Shown here: positions 36,847 to 51,200 of the stretch, one piece after another
How positions within the stretch are numbered: position 1 is the first letter of the stretch
Layout: each line of letters starts with the position of its first letter
From: Euprymna scolopes
Taxonomy: Eukaryota
Length of the DNA stretch: 64,000 bases
Reading direction: 5' to 3' (one strand)
NCBI GenBank assembly: GCA_053919585.1
Contig: CM132814.1
Position numbers and translations under genes: made by a program
The notes under the pieces: model-generated
Seen by the model: the letters and a program-made list of their open reading frames with translations, nothing else
What the model was told of the DNA's origin: nothing
The model's database searches: none

Positions 36847-39800
36847 AATTAGCGACCAGCATCTGGAAATAAAATAAACAAAAGCACTTTTTAAAAAAAT
36901 GTCTATCTCCACAGATGTTCGCAAACAAATTTTGGCGCAGCAACAGGATCAGTTTGAAAGAGTCTAACTGAATCAAATAACGACATTAATCCAAAAATGT
37001 CAGTTGCAAGACACCGGGAATTCATCTAGTGTCAATCATTCCAACTTTATTACAGAATTTTCCCATGACGGCGTCAAAACTGCACGTTCAGCTAATGGTT
37101 TTCACGATGGAAGGACGCATTTTACCATGGGTTTTGTAGCAAGGACGACGAGTGGAAAAAAACTGTTTGCTGATACGAAAGGTGGGTAAAAAGAAAACGA
37201 AAGGTTCGTAAATGTTATTTGAACCCAACAACCTTCTGATATGAGTTTTACTGAGACTATCCGCATATCGACGAACATTTTTGGGGAACAACAATCTCTA
37301 TTCAATATTCTTTATAACTGTTTCAAACGTTCAATAAATTACTCTGATTATTTGCTCACGTATGCCGCACGTGTGAATCGCGAGTGCGAGAGTTTTCATC
37401 TCCATACACTGACTGAGGACCAAGTTTAATGTTTAATTTTCATATCAGGTCTACAGCCACCAAACGATTCAAAATTACGTTCCTGAATGCTAGTAACGCT
37501 TGAAAAAATAAACACGTAACCGTTTATGACCTGAGTGTAACAGGTTGTTTAACTTAAAAAAAGGGCACAATGTTAGTCCAACAGTGACACACACTACCGT
37601 CAGAACGTCACACGTCAACTTAAATTATAAACCCATATTTTGGAATAAAATACCACCGTCTGCATGCTGGTCTGGCGGTGAATTGCACTGTTATCGTTTT
37701 TGTCCCATCAGAAATCACAAGCCCGACGTGTGTCATAAACGTAGCCACAAAGAACATTTTTCATCCCCCTAGGGCCGATCCCCTACTCAGCAAAATTACA
37801 AGAAAAAACCAGCAGAGGTAATCAAATGTAGTGTCTGACTCATTTAAGATCGATTACAATCTCGCAGAAAGTGCAAAAGTGTCGTATTAAATAAGTGCCC
37901 AGTTCGTTTCCAATTCGACACAACATCAACCATTACTTTAATCTCGCAAAAAACATAGACAAAAATCGGAAAACCGGACCCATTACAAACCAATCATGTT
38001 GTCAAGAACGCGTTTGGGAATGACATCTACCTTGCTGGGGAAGTAGATTTGTCTGTTTCCTTCCAAGACAGAGTATTTGCTGGAAGCTGTTATGTTACAT
38101 ACACTGATGTAAACCTGATCAAGTTGGATTGAATCGAATAACTCAATCTTGTCAGGGTCCCATTGGAATCTGTCTTCAGGACACTGAAGCCATTTTATTC
38201 AGACGCTTAATCTAAGTTTAGTGATGTTTTTTCATTAGAATTTTGGGTGTTGCTCAAAAATGAAAGCTACTCTCAAGTTGAAAACAGATAGGAAGCCGAT
38301 ATTTCGACCCAAACGCTTTGTCTCTTATACAGCTCTCAACATAGTTGAAAAGGACCTGGATCGACTTAGAAAAGCTGGAGTAAAAGAGCCAACAAACTAC
38401 TCCAGATGGGCAGCCCCTATTGCTGTGGCCGAAAAGCAAACGCCAAAGTTCGCATCTTCACAGATTATTCCACGGGACTAAATAATGCATTAGATACACA
38501 CCAATATCCCCTGCCAATAGCTTAAGACTTTTTTTGCCAAATTAAACGGTGGAACATGTTTTGCAACAAATAATCTTTTGGTGCATTCCTACTAATCGAA
38601 GTTGGTGAGGACGCCAAGAAGCTTCTTACAATCGACACTCACAAGGGATTATCTCGATAAAACTGTCTTCCATTTCCGGGTTAAACTGCCCCATCACTAT
38701 TTCAGCAGACATTGAATGCGATGCTAACAGACATAACAGGAGCCACAGCATATATTGATGGCTTCACTATCTCTGCCACATCTAAGGATTAATTCCTCCA
38801 AGGTCTGATCGCTGTACTTGATAGGATCCAACAATATGGTCTCCAGGTGCAAACTACAAAATATCAATTCTACCGAACGTCAATAAATTAGCTGGGGTTC
38901 ATCTTTGACAAAAGAGATCGACGACTCAACCCAGAGAACGTATAAGCCATTAAACATATGCCAACTCCAACAGACGTCAAAACTCTATGTTCTTTACTTG
39001 GGTCGGTAAGCCATTATTGCTCATTTTTACAAGACTTACACCGCATCCCAACCCCAGTCAATAACCTCATGAAAAAAAAGGAATTGCCCGGAACTTGTTT
39101 CTAGAGTGCAAAGCAGCTTTTGCCAAAATCAAAGTTTTACTCTCTTCAGACCCTCTCTTGGCCAATTTTAATCCATCGTTGGACATTATCGTGGTTTCTG
39201 ATGTTTCTGACTATGGTGTTGAGGCCGTGATCTTTCATCTTTGTTCTTGACGGCAGTCAAAAAGCTATCATTCATGCATCTAGGTAATTGACATTTGCAG
39301 AAATGAACTACAGTCCAATCGATAAAGAAGCATTGGCGATAATATATGCTGTAATGAAGTTCATAAAATGATATACGGACGTCGCATTAATTTGATTGCA
39401 GATCATAAACCTTTGGTGATCATTTATGGATCCAGGAAAGTTATCCCAGTGTATACTGCCAATCGACTACAACGATGGGCTACCACATTATTCGACTATA
39501 ACTTCACAATAAGGTACCTTTCAACCAATTCAATTGGACATGCAGATGCCCTGTCGAGATTAATTAGTACACACAAGAGGCCACCTGAATACTCTGTTGT
39601 TGCAGCAATATTCCTGGAGCCAGAAATCGCTTCAACGCCCAAACGTACGATAAAGGAACTGCCGTGTATTCTGACATGATTAAAGAAAATCCAGCTTCTG
39701 ACACTCTACTACAAGTCATTCACTACCACCGTACCAAGTGGCCAGCAGTACCCATAAACAAACAGTTACTGCTATTCTTTCAACGAACATCTTCTTTTTC

Positions 39801-40957
39801 AGAGGTTAATGGTGTATTTCTCCGTGCCGAATGGGTCATCATTCCCTCATCATTGCAAAGCAGAATTCTAAAACAATTCCATTTGGAACACCGAGGCATC
39901 AGTCGCTTGAAAGTATTTGTACCTGGATACGTTTATTGGCAAAAAAAATAAAAGTAGCTGGAAGACCTTGCACGCACTTTCTCTAAATGTCAGCTAGCAG
40001 CTAAATTCCGTCGAAAATCTACACTTTCTTCATGGACTACTCCAGATCACCCCTGGTTCCGCCTCCACAGATTTTGCAGGACCCACAAATCGACACCCCG
40101 TCTAGTTGTCGTGTGGATTCCTACAGCAAATGCCCCGATATATTCCAAATGAACCACCTTACTTCTGAGGAAACAAATTTCTAAACTTCAGAAGATATTC
40201 AGCAGATTTGAGATTCCTCTGACTTTGGTCTCTGACAACGGCACCGCTTTTAGCTCAGTCAAGTTTTCGATTTTCTGCTAACAATACGGTATCAACCACA
40301 TTCCCACATTCCCATTTAACCCCTAGTCGAACGGTCAAGTTGAACGTATTGTGAACACCTTTAAAAGAGGCCTTTTAAAAATCAGTGGAGACATCAGAGA
40401 TACTTGAAACTTTCTTCACAAACTATAGACCAACACCAAACCCTAACACAGAAAACGGTAGCTCACCAGTCGAATTCTTGATGAATACAAAAATCCGACT
40501 ACATATCAATGGCCTACGCTTAAAACAACCTCATTCCATAAAGAAGAATACAAAAATGGAGCGGCAGTAAATCGCCACCATGCTTAACTCCAAAGAAAAT
40601 TCTTACCAGGTCAACAAGTCCAAACAAAAGACTACGGGGACAACAAAGAGTCATGGATCCAAGGCTACATTGTACGACGAACAAGAAAAGTAACGTACGA
40701 GGTAAATGCCCGACATTCAATTTCGGTTCGTCACTCCAACAAACTGTGACAATCGCATTTCCCATAAAGAATACCAGCTAACTCTATTCAACTAAACATC
40801 TTATTGGACACCTACAGCTTGTCACAACAAACACCAGAAGCCTCTCAGAACACTGAAGCTGGACTGCAAGAACCTAACATCCGGAAGTAAGCTCCAACAT
40901 AATATTCGCAGGTGAATCCCCAACTGAGTCGTACCAGCGAAAATATTTAAAGGGAGA

Positions 40958-41367
40958 TGTTGGGATCAGGCAAATCTATTATGCAAAGGGGAGCAACGCT
41001 TTGCTTCTTTGGGCAAAGTCGCCTCCCTTTGTCCGTTACTCCTAAACTTTAATTTCTCGCGATTTCTCGCGAGAGGAACGACCGGAAGTGGACAGTTGAG
41101 GGAAAACAGAGTGACTTTGAAAATGGCGGGATTAACATCATGCACATTCATCGATTATTGTATTTGACTTTCTAACATTCATTTACTATGTTTTTAATTG
41201 TATGTGCGCGCCTCTTTATAAACGTATATCGTTATGTATCAGTTAAATGTTTCCTTATTTTTTAGTAAGTGTCATGTTCTTTTCTTATGAGCTGCTACTT
41301 GAAGACTGGACCCCCTGCGGTGAGATATTTTTTTTAATGTTGATTCAACGCTTTCCACAGTATAACA
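40958..41367 (+). repeat. 3' LTR
   Basis: Follows the PPT; TG...CA; carries about 50 bp that the 5' LTR lacks. Confidence 0.9.
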
Positions 41368-41641
41368 GTTATATTTAAAATTAACTTGCTAGATATAATG
41401 AATACATGTATTGAAGAGAAAATATCTTACTAGATAAAACAATCACATGAAAACATATAAATGAAAAAAAATATTAACAATAATACAACAGACAATACAA
41501 ATTACAATTAAACAACTTTAATGCTTACATATTCCGTTGTCAATGAATAATATTAAGGGTTAGGTTCAGTTCAGCGCCCAAAAAAGATTTTAAAATGAGC
41601 CGTTCAAAAAGCAACTCTTGTTATACAGATAGGGTTCGTTA

Positions 41642-44600
41642 TGTTTTAAAGAGCATGTAAGAGTATCTTGTGTAGTTTCCGACGTGTAGGAGACGGGGAG
41701 TCTCGTCGTGGGCGACGAAGCGTTTCACTGAAGTACCAACAAACAATGACAGCCACGGCGCGAAGGTAATTAACAAAGCTCAGCTGACTGCACGAATAGA
41801 AACGGAACCCAACGGTCACTGTACTGATCGCCACGAACGTCAGAACCCGACTGACTCGCACCTCCAACGGACCGATTTTTATTCCTCAAGATGGCCTAGC
41901 TAATTTGCATCCCCGCGAGATCTCGCGCGATCCTGCGAGATTCCGTCTCTAATAAAAGCAGGCAGGCGCCATCTTGGAACTCTTTCTTCCGCTGCCCCGA
42001 CCACAGGATCAGCCACCACCCCGCACGCCAGGCACACACGGACCCTCTTGCGCCGAGGGCTACGGTTAGTCTCACACTCCCCCCTGGTCTCCAGATTACA
42101 TACGTGACACGGCGGACGTGGCCGTTTGATTCGAGCACTCCTGCAGAGGGGTATTGCCGGGACTTCCTCATCGGAGCTTTCAGAAGTGGCATCGGAAGCA
42201 TCAGCTTCAGCATTAGAGCCCGCAGTTGAGTCATTAGGTTCGTGGGGCACAGGTTGAATCCATCGCACGTCGTCGGATGACTCGCTCCTTCCACTGCTCG
42301 CAGTTGAGTCACCAGGTTCGTGGGGCACGGGTTGGATCCATCGCTCATCGTCGGATGACTCGCTACTTCCACTGCTCGCCGATTGGTCAGCGCTTAGAGC
42401 GGGCCGGACATCCCTTACGTGGCGCGGAGTATCATCGACTAGTATGGCCTGTTCACTGATGACGCCGGTGACCCGCCCCCTCCAAAAGCTGTTGGTGCAC
42501 CGGCCGCCGGGTGGCTTCACCCAGACGGTGTCTCCCACTTGGTACGTCCCCTGGGGTTCTCGTTGGTCGGGTAGACACACTTCAACGCCCTTGACGTGCA
42601 CGTGGTAGTGATGAATCGCATCAGCGGGCGCACTGCCGCCAGTCACGGCGTCCTTAGGCGTTGTGTTGTATCTGTAAACCGCCTCCGCGATCGTACACTT
42701 CTTCCTGGCCGCGATCCTCTTCACGGTTCAGTGGCACCGCTCCGCTACGCCGTTGCCGCTCGGCACATACGCGCATCGGTGTCGAACGCGGATCCCCCAG
42801 TTGTCCATAAAATGCCTGAATTCCCTGCTGCAGAACGCCGTGTCGTTATCCGTGAGGATCTCCTCAGGAAGCCCCCTTTCGTAGAATATGGATTCCAATT
42901 CGTGGATGGCACTGGTGGAATCCTGCCTCGCTAATTGGCGCCAAATGGCGAACCTCGTTGGCCCACAGTCTATCAGCGTGAGGAAGTGTTAGCTGCCGTA
43001 GTGGGTTATATCCATACCCAACCGACTCCAGGTCGCGTCCACTCCCAGCTGTCCTTTCCGCCATCTGGCTTGGGCGGGGTCGATGGACTGGCACGTTTGG
43101 CACTCCCTGACCACTGCTCTTACTGCGCTTTTTGGTATTTATGGTCTAGCCAACTTCACAAAGCAGTTGTCCCGATGTACTCCAGAGTGCCCACTGTCGT
43201 GATGTATCTTCCTGATTTCGTCCTCCTCGACGGAGGCAGCACACAGAGGCAATGGCTTAGCTTCTTTCTTCATAGCCTCATACCATCTCCGTAGTACCCG
43301 AGTGAGCTTGTCGGCGAGGTTGTAGTCCGAGGTGACGAGCACTACGTCTACGGACAGGTTGTACTCCGTCACCAGTTTTTTTACAGTCTCCAGCCTCCGT
43401 CTTATCAGCATTTCGCTGGCTGCCTTTGTGCGTGCCCTGGCCTTGCTCGTGAGTGTGTCCGACACCCAGTGGTGCACGCAAAGTGAGTCAGTGTGAACAC
43501 GCAGTTTCTTCACTTCCCATTGAAGTGCCAGGTTAATGCCCTTTATTACAGCGTCGAGTTCTGCCAGGTTGATATGGGCAGCATCATTTGCCGGTCGCAG
43601 CCAGCAGCCATCCTCAACTACGGCCCCATCTTTCTCCAAAACTACACCGATCGCTAGAGAACTTGCGTCCACCCACACGCTCAGTTCGTCTCCCTGCACG
43701 CACCAGTCCCCTGTGGCGGGGGCATTCTTTATCACACTAGCGACGGTCTCCTTTAACATTCGAACCAATAGTTCGTCGGTTATCTCATCGTCCCAGCCTT
43801 TGGTGACCGCATTTGCCCTCCTTTTTTATGACGCCTGTCGCCGCACGAACCCATCCGCATACTGGAAGGTGCCCCACAAGTTTCCCGCACATGGAGAACA
43901 CGGCACGTCTTGTGTAAACGTCGGGTACGTCGGGAACTGCGGTTCCACGCCTCCACTTCAGGATCCCTCGCTCCTCTTGAACGCTCAAGCCCAATACGCG
44001 GGCGCCATCCTCAAGCCGCTCAGAGTCCTTGCAGTTTAGACCAAACTCGGCAAGTTTGGATCTTACGCGCGAAGATGACACGATATCTTCGTTCACGTAT
44101 ATATCGTCAATGTACTCCGATGTTCCCTTTCTGATCCATTCTTCTTGTGACAACACGGCATTGACGATAGCCTTCATTATCTGGGGTGCTACGTTTAGCC
44201 CAAATCCGAGTCGCGTAAGACAGTATCTCTTCCCGGAAAACATCACTGTCTGGAAAGGTCACATCGCCTCGCCGATCCGGACCTGCAAGTATGCTTTTCT
44301 CAAGTCCAGTAGGGACACATTAGACCCCTGCCGGCGCCACTCTCGCAGTTTGCTGGCACAGACGTCGGCGTCCGCTGTGAACGCATCAACGTGCGCATTC
44401 AACTCGCGGTAGTCCATTACCGGCCTCACCTTTGACTTGTTAGGTTGGGCAACTGCCATCAGTGGTATCAGGCCCTTGGGGGTCCACGTTTGTCGTAGGG
44501 GTATGGAATCAGCCAACCGTTCTTAATCCATTCACGGAGCTAGCTTTCGTATGCAGGCCTTATCTGGTCGGGCATACGGTACTCTGCCACTTTGTTTTGT

Positions 44601-45085
44601 AGTTTGGCCGGTTCCTTGTCTTCTGACCACGTCCAAGTGGCGGTCCACGCCTTCTGTTGGTCGTCGAACTCCGCACTGAAGTCCGGCTGGTCGGCGCTTA
44701 GTGCTGCGCACACCGGGGGCATATCCTGAAACTCTACAACGCCAGCGCGCGTTATGCGTACGCCGTCCAGGGCTTTGATGGCATCGTAGCCTAGCAACAG
44801 GTCGAAACTCAGCGGCTTTTCGCGTGTCACCGGCGCTTCGACGTTGGCCGAGTTTCCAGTTTTTGTGCGAATGTGTACCACACCCACGCCGCAACACATT
44901 CGTATTTTTCCAGTAATGGTAGTTATCCTGACGTTCTTCTTTTTCCACGCCCGACAGAAGTCCGCACACACTATGGTGCGGGAGCAACCGGAATCAAGGA
45001 GGGCTGAACATAACGTGTCATTAATTCGGACCTGAATGACAGGGAGCTCCTTGTTTATTTTCTGTTCGGGAAAGGCACACAATAT
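41642..45085 (-). mobile_element. GC-rich LTR retrotransposon (PR-RT-RH-INT order, Gypsy-like), lacking gag and 5' LTR
   Basis: Protease ALLDSGCS (44540-45082); RT LDLRKAYLQV, RLGFGLNVAP, YIDDIYV; RNase H WVDASS...INLAELDA...HTDS...NLADKLTR; integrase with TDND core. PPT aggggggag, then an LTR starting TG at 42076. Few frameshifts. Confidence 0.9.
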
Positions 45086-45248
45086 ATTCAGCGGATAAAC
45101 ACGCCAGAGTCAAAACAATGAACGAATATACTAATGTCACAGCCGGGCATATCACTAAACGCAGCTGTTCTGTTAAGTATCTCCCTCTTTCTCTTTCTTT
45201 CCCACCTGTCTCTCAATGGCAAAATATGAATTGTAAATACTGTCAAGA

Positions 45249-48200
45249 GTGCGACGTTTTCTAGTAGACAGAAGTTTAAAGAACTGATTCGTTCAACTCT
45301 GATAAGAATTTCTAGCGCGTATATCGCTTAACACAAATTATTCAGCTTTCTCCTCCCTCGTGCTGCGGCAAGCTATCCCGGATATTTGATCCAAAACTTA
45401 TACCTATATTTGATGGCAGTGAATCTGGACAGTCAGTAGTGGAGTGGTTGGAGAACACTGAAGTAATATGTCAGCAAAGTAGCGTAAAGCGCATTGAATG
45501 TGTAATTCCCATGCGTTTGTTAAGCGGCGCATATGCAGTGTACCAGCAATTAAGTGAGGAAAAACGAGTCGATTTTGGGTGTATACAGGATACGCTGTAC
45601 ACAGGGTTTGCTTTGGATCCGTTTGCTGCACGGAAGCAGTTCGCAGCTCGTCGTCTCAAACCAGGTGAAACAATCGACGTATTTTTGTCGGAACTGCGCA
45701 GGCTAGCAGTCCTGTTTGTCGGCGTATCTAATCAATGCCTGCAATGTGCATTCATTCCTGGTTTGCTAGAACATGCGGAAAACTTGTTGCGGGCATCATC
45801 CCAGATAGATAACTTGGATCTATCTCATGCGCTGGTGCGGGATCGTGCAATTTTTCTGACTAACTCGATAGTTCCAGAGCAAGCTGCCTTAGATGTACGA
45901 TCGACACCAGTTTACCCCAAGGAGACATATAATTCACGGATGTGTTACAAGTGTAATCGACTGAATCATAGGGCAAACAATTTCCTGTTGGATAGTGTAA
46001 CAGGAGGAGATGTCGGGGTAAGACATCGGGACCCAATCACGTGTTATCAATGTCGGCGGCGAGGGCACATTGCTCGATGTTGTCCGGGACACGAGCAAAG
46101 GGGCGAGAAGTGAGCGCCAATCCCCCAAACTGGTGTAAATGGCGCCTTACAAATTGTCACGGTTCTCATCAATGCACTAACACGCACAGCTCTCGTGGGT
46201 ACCGGATGCACACAGTCACTGGTCCGCAAGTCATGTTACAAGTATTGGACGAGGAAAATAACGCCAATGCTCACAGCAGATGGAAGCACACTAAGATAAT
46301 GGGGAGTAGGAATGGTGCATGGTGACTTTGGTTCAACACGGAACATTAGCATATAAGTCCTAATCGTGGATGGATACTTACTGGGATTTGATTTATTGTT
46401 TGGACTGGACGCAATCCAGCGACTGGGAGGAGTAGCTGTGTCTAGCACAGGAAAGGTGACCATTCCACATTTTATCAAGGTCAATTGTGCTGCTATCACT
46501 ATTACCGAACATGACTTCTCTGCCAAATATGACCAAGATACTCAGATGTGGACTACATCGTGAAAGTAGGCTGGCAACCAACCTCCACTTTCATTGAGAA
46601 ATAGCACTGTAGAGAAACCAGCGCCAACAGCGATTCCCGATGAATACGATCGGGAATTGCAGGTGTGGATTGATAATAGTTGGTTACTGCCATATCCCGA
46701 GGACGATCTTGGCTCTCCAAAAGGTATAATACGTCTCATGGTTCTTGTGCAGGAGAATAAACAGAATGTGTGTTCCGTTATGTATTATCGTTAGCTAAAT
46801 GAGTGCGTCGATGTGCATTCGGTCAACGCGGATGTTTGATTACAAAAATTGAGGAAATGGAGAGAACAGGGACCAAACGTGGCAGTGCGGGACCTACGCT
46901 GAACCTATTTGCAAGCACCTGTTTACAAATCTCTGTTGCCGTTTCAAACAGTAACAATTGAGTAAGGGAATGCGACATTGTATTACCCGCCTCGGATTCG
47001 GGCTTAACGTTGCGCCTCTAATAATGCGAGTCATTGTTAATACCTTCCTCATTTAGGATAAGAATATAAATGAGGCTACGTCCTCATATATTGATAACGT
47101 TTTTGGGAATGAAAGAATATGTTCGGCAACCCATAAAAGAAACATTTGGAAAAGTTTGGCCCGGAAAGCAAGACCCCAGAACAGTGGTAGCGACAGGATT
47201 CGGCTAGTGTCATTAAGGATTTGCAGAGTATAGTCTGCGAAAGGTGGCCGCCGACCGAATTACTCACAGATAATGGTGCAGCATTTTCCGGAAAGACAAT
47301 TGCTGATTTTACACAAATGTGGGGCGTGCACATTCGATTCCGGTGTGCCAACGAACCCTCCGACACGGTATAATGGAGCGATCCCATCGCACTATAAAGC
47401 GCATTGCGGCAAGACCATGGTGCACGATCTTGGAGGCAGTGAACTGGTACAACGTCACGCCTAATAACACCTGCGAATATGCGATACAATTATAGGATCC
47501 GTATCAAAGGTATTGATGAAGTGAGGCTGCCCGAGACCGCAGTGGCTAATCCATAAAAGGAAGGGGATGCGGTTTGGGTGAAGAATCCCCGTGAAAGATG
47601 CACAACTCAGTTCGGTACAGGAACAGTGGCAAAAATAAACTGTCAACACTCAATATAAGTTGCTGGAAAACAACACCACATAAAAGCTGTGCGCCAAACA
47701 TGGCGACATGATGTTATAATCAATGATCAAATCAATTCATCATATGACTAAGACCCACTGCTCTACGAATGGCCAGATGACGGAAGCTCTTCACAAGATG
47801 ATGAGTATCAAGAGCAGGAGGAGTTTAATGATCCGGCAAACGAAGGCACCACTGAGGAAGTTCCTGGATCTGTACCATTAAGGCGAAGTACCCGGACGAA
47901 ACGGCCTGCCCAGCATTGTTACATATGTGATCTCGAGATCAGGGTGGAGTGTTACGAGCATGCGCAAAAACGCACAAAATATATGTTGTGCGAGCCTGCG
48001 TCGTGGAGCGAACCTGCGACCGTTAGATTACAAAAAATACGTTTGTGAGTGATACTCGCATTTCCACAACAATTGGGTTCGCCCGATGGCTAAAAAATGT
48101 CAAGCCGAAACAAAACTTTCGAGTCATTTCTTTTTTTGGTCGGTCGACGGTTGAAAAGAACTTGCTTGTGAAGCGTGCGGCGTTTTCGAGAAGACAGAAA

Positions 48201-48296
48201 TCGAGAGATCTGATTCGTTCAATTTTGAAAATAATTTCTGGCCTGTATATCGTTTTACACAAATTACTCAGCTTTCTCCTCCCTCATTCTGCGACA
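45249..48296 (+). mobile_element. Related LTR retrotransposon, internally deleted (gag, PR, partial RT, integrase tail)
   Basis: gag ORF 45439-46113 with CYQCRRRGHIARCC; FDLLFGLDAI protease; RLGFGLNVAP; LLTDNGAAF. The partial 5' LTR 45249-45370 matches the end of the 3' LTR 47950-48296. PPT agggtggag. Confidence 0.88.
45439..46113 (+). pseudogene. gag-like ORF with two zinc knuckles (first one degenerate)
   Basis: CYKCNRLNHRANNF and CYQCRRRGHIARCC. Confidence 0.8.
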
Positions 48297-51200
48297 AATA
48301 CATGTTGACAAAATACGTCTACTTTGATTCTGAGAATGACGGCAAAAGACTTATAAGTGTATATACTTTCGCACCTATTTGAAGTTTAGATTAGAAAAAT
48401 ATATACACATTCAAGAACGCAATACGGACACCTATTAAAAGGGGTGACCTGATTCCAAATATTTCTCATATGTTATATTAGTCCGCCTTTGGTATCAAGG
48501 TACGATTATGGTTCTCACTGAACTTTATTTTATGTATTAAAATCAAAGTGGGAAGATATAACATGAGAATTATTTGGAATCATATCTCCCTGTACTGTTA
48601 TATCAAATCATTTAAAACAACAGCAGCAACTTTTATTCTCTATTATATCAAAGCAAGGAGTATTAGATAGTTCATAACTAATATGCAAAAGTAGAAAAGT
48701 AAATGACTAAGAGTGGAATATTGGTGAACATGCATTATCTTTCAACCCTTAAAAGCCATTTAAAATTATAGCTATTATAAGTGTTCAAGGGTGCTGAAAA
48801 CGAATCTCAGGAAAGCAGTAGTTTCCAAGATATGAAGAAATCATGGTATTACAAATGGCGGATAATCTTTCTAAAAGGTTTTAACGTAAAATAAACTCCC
48901 AATTTATGGCCACTTTTTTTCGGAGGGGGTCAGTTAATTTTATTTTATTGGTGTTAAGTTGTAATTGTGGTATTGCAGACCAACACAAAATGTTTATAAA
49001 CTCCTTGTTTTCTATAGGTTTTCTTGTATGAAATCAAATATAGTATTCATATTGAAGCAATGCAATTAAATATGTTATAAATGAGGGGCATTGTCTTACG
49101 CGCTGGTGAACATATTTTTGCTCACTACCCTGAAAATTATCTATTTGCGAAAAATTTAAATGCGACGTTCGTTTTCAACACACAGGAAATCCTAGAAAAA
49201 CAAGTTTTTCAGGTAATGTTTTGTTGGTCTACTAGGCCACTATAAAAGCCACCCCTAAAAACAGAAGATCACCTAAAATTGTTGTCCTTAAAGTGCGTCC
49301 ACATTTGAAGTTAAGTTAATATACAAAACTGAATCCCCACTGCTGATACAATAATGCGTGACCTCAAACGTTAAATCTGCCCCGCCCACTACACATCTTT
49401 CCAATTTTTATAAAATTCTCATCAATAGTCGCCGAGATTCGAAATTATAAAATTGCCAAAAAAGTTAGTAAATATATAGACTTTTATGAGGTTTTTATAC
49501 TATTCTATGGTATGACACTTAGTAAACAAACATCAAGTTTCAAACAAGTAAAATATGGCAAACTTTGCGTATATTACTCTATATAATGACATGTCAAGGC
49601 AGCTCTTATTTTTACTGCTTTGGAATGCATTTTACTTTGTTTTTTTTCTGGTTGGTTTATACTGTATAATTTCCAGGCTACTGGCTTTACAACTTGATCG
49701 TTACTGTTCTCATGTTCTTTTTGGGCTTCTTCAAAGTCTGCATTTGCTGTTTTCTTCTGTCCTGCCGGTCTATGCCTTTATGTGGTTGGTTCTAATCTCG
49801 TTATCACTACGGCTGTTATAAGGGATGCAGTTACTCTGCTAAGGTTTTCTTTTACAGCAATGCCCAAGTGTTTGCGTCCGTCTCATCTTTTTCGTCCTTA
49901 TGAATCATCCATGTGGTGGTTTCTCTTTCCATTTTTAGTCGTCTTGTCCTGTGTTTTTGTTTCTGTCTTGTTTGCTTTTTAGTGTCTTTTGTTGCAGTAA
50001 TTACTCTTTTAGGGCCCCGCATTATGTATTATTTTTTCTTCTTTCATTTACACGATCTTTTAAACAGTCATTCGACAGAGCACCATCTCAACTGAGAATG
50101 TCATCACTGCTATGAAAGTAAACATTTAAAAACAGCAGGTGTCGCCGGTTTTACGATGTTAATGAAATTAGGTTTTCTAATTCCTTGATGTAAGCAAAAT
50201 ATTTAAAAATGTCAAAATCAGCATCTATACATTTTCCAGATTTAAATGGGAATAGTTCAATTTAAAATGGAAATTGTTCAGTTCAAAATCGAAATATTTC
50301 AATTCCCAATGGGAATATTTCAGTTCCAAATGGAAAAATCATTATAAGTATAAATATAAACTATTTTATAAATTATTTTAGCAATAAAATTGTTAGCGTT
50401 TTAAAATATTGAAGTCATTTATTAGAACATACCATGTTCTATTTCTACAGCTGAAGGAATTTTAGATTGAATTCCAGCTAAGAAACGACTGCATAATTCT
50501 GGTGTATCCCTACCCGATTCTTCCTCAATTACTAAAGTCAAAGCTATTGCCCTTTGTTCAGTATTTGACATATCACCTCTTCCATCTACTTTGACAGAAT
50601 ACTCACAATTCTAGCAACCAATTCCTGCTTGACGTAATTTCTGATTTATAACCATACTTGTTCACATGGATTGGCTGTATTCCCTCAGCCTAAGCACTTC
50701 ACGTCCTAGAAATTCTTCTCCACATAAAACTTCTTCAATGTTTAAGTGACATGGGGTATTGTCAACAACTATCAAAACTGGGCCCCCTATATTACCTCCT
50801 TGCAACTCTCAAACATTTTCGCATCCAAGTGTGAGCGCTTACCGTTTGAAAATATTCTCTTTGAATTTTATGCTACTCGAGGACATAGTGAGCAATACAT
50901 CCAATACATGAATATTTGCACCCCGACTAACGCCTGCAATCACGTTACATAGCCTTACATTTAGAAAACGCCCATCTCTCCTGAAAATATACACATTAAA
51001 GTTCATCTCATCCATGAATGAAATGGGGTGTCCAGTGGATTAGTAATTCAATAATTTTGAACAAAATAAACCACTTTATTTTTATTCTCAATTGGATTTG
51101 CCCTCTCAGGCACACATCTTACAGCTCTAAGCGAATAAGTCATGTTATCTAGGTGCTTCGCTACTGTAGAATTGGCCAATTTAAAGTCAAACTGGCATTT

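Larger units (their letters stand above)
36491..41367 (+). mobile_element. Ty3/Gypsy (Mag-like, K02A2.6-type) LTR retrotransposon, full-length but decayed
   Basis: LTRs TGTTGGGATC...ATAACA at 36491-36846 and 40958-41367; 5-bp TSD gctat/gttat; PBS-like tagcgacc; PPT aagggaga. RT PIFRPKRFVSY...WAAPI, RNase H ADHKPL...ANRLQRWA...HADALSRL, integrase LVSDNGTAF and SNGQVER. Confidence 0.93.

Noticed and set aside
49205-49235. Candidate GPCR exon 2 (tttttcag|GT AAT GTT TTG TTG GTC = G-N-V-L-L-V)
   Set aside because: It hits a TAG stop after seven codons and lies in an imperfect inverted repeat, so it is likely chance.
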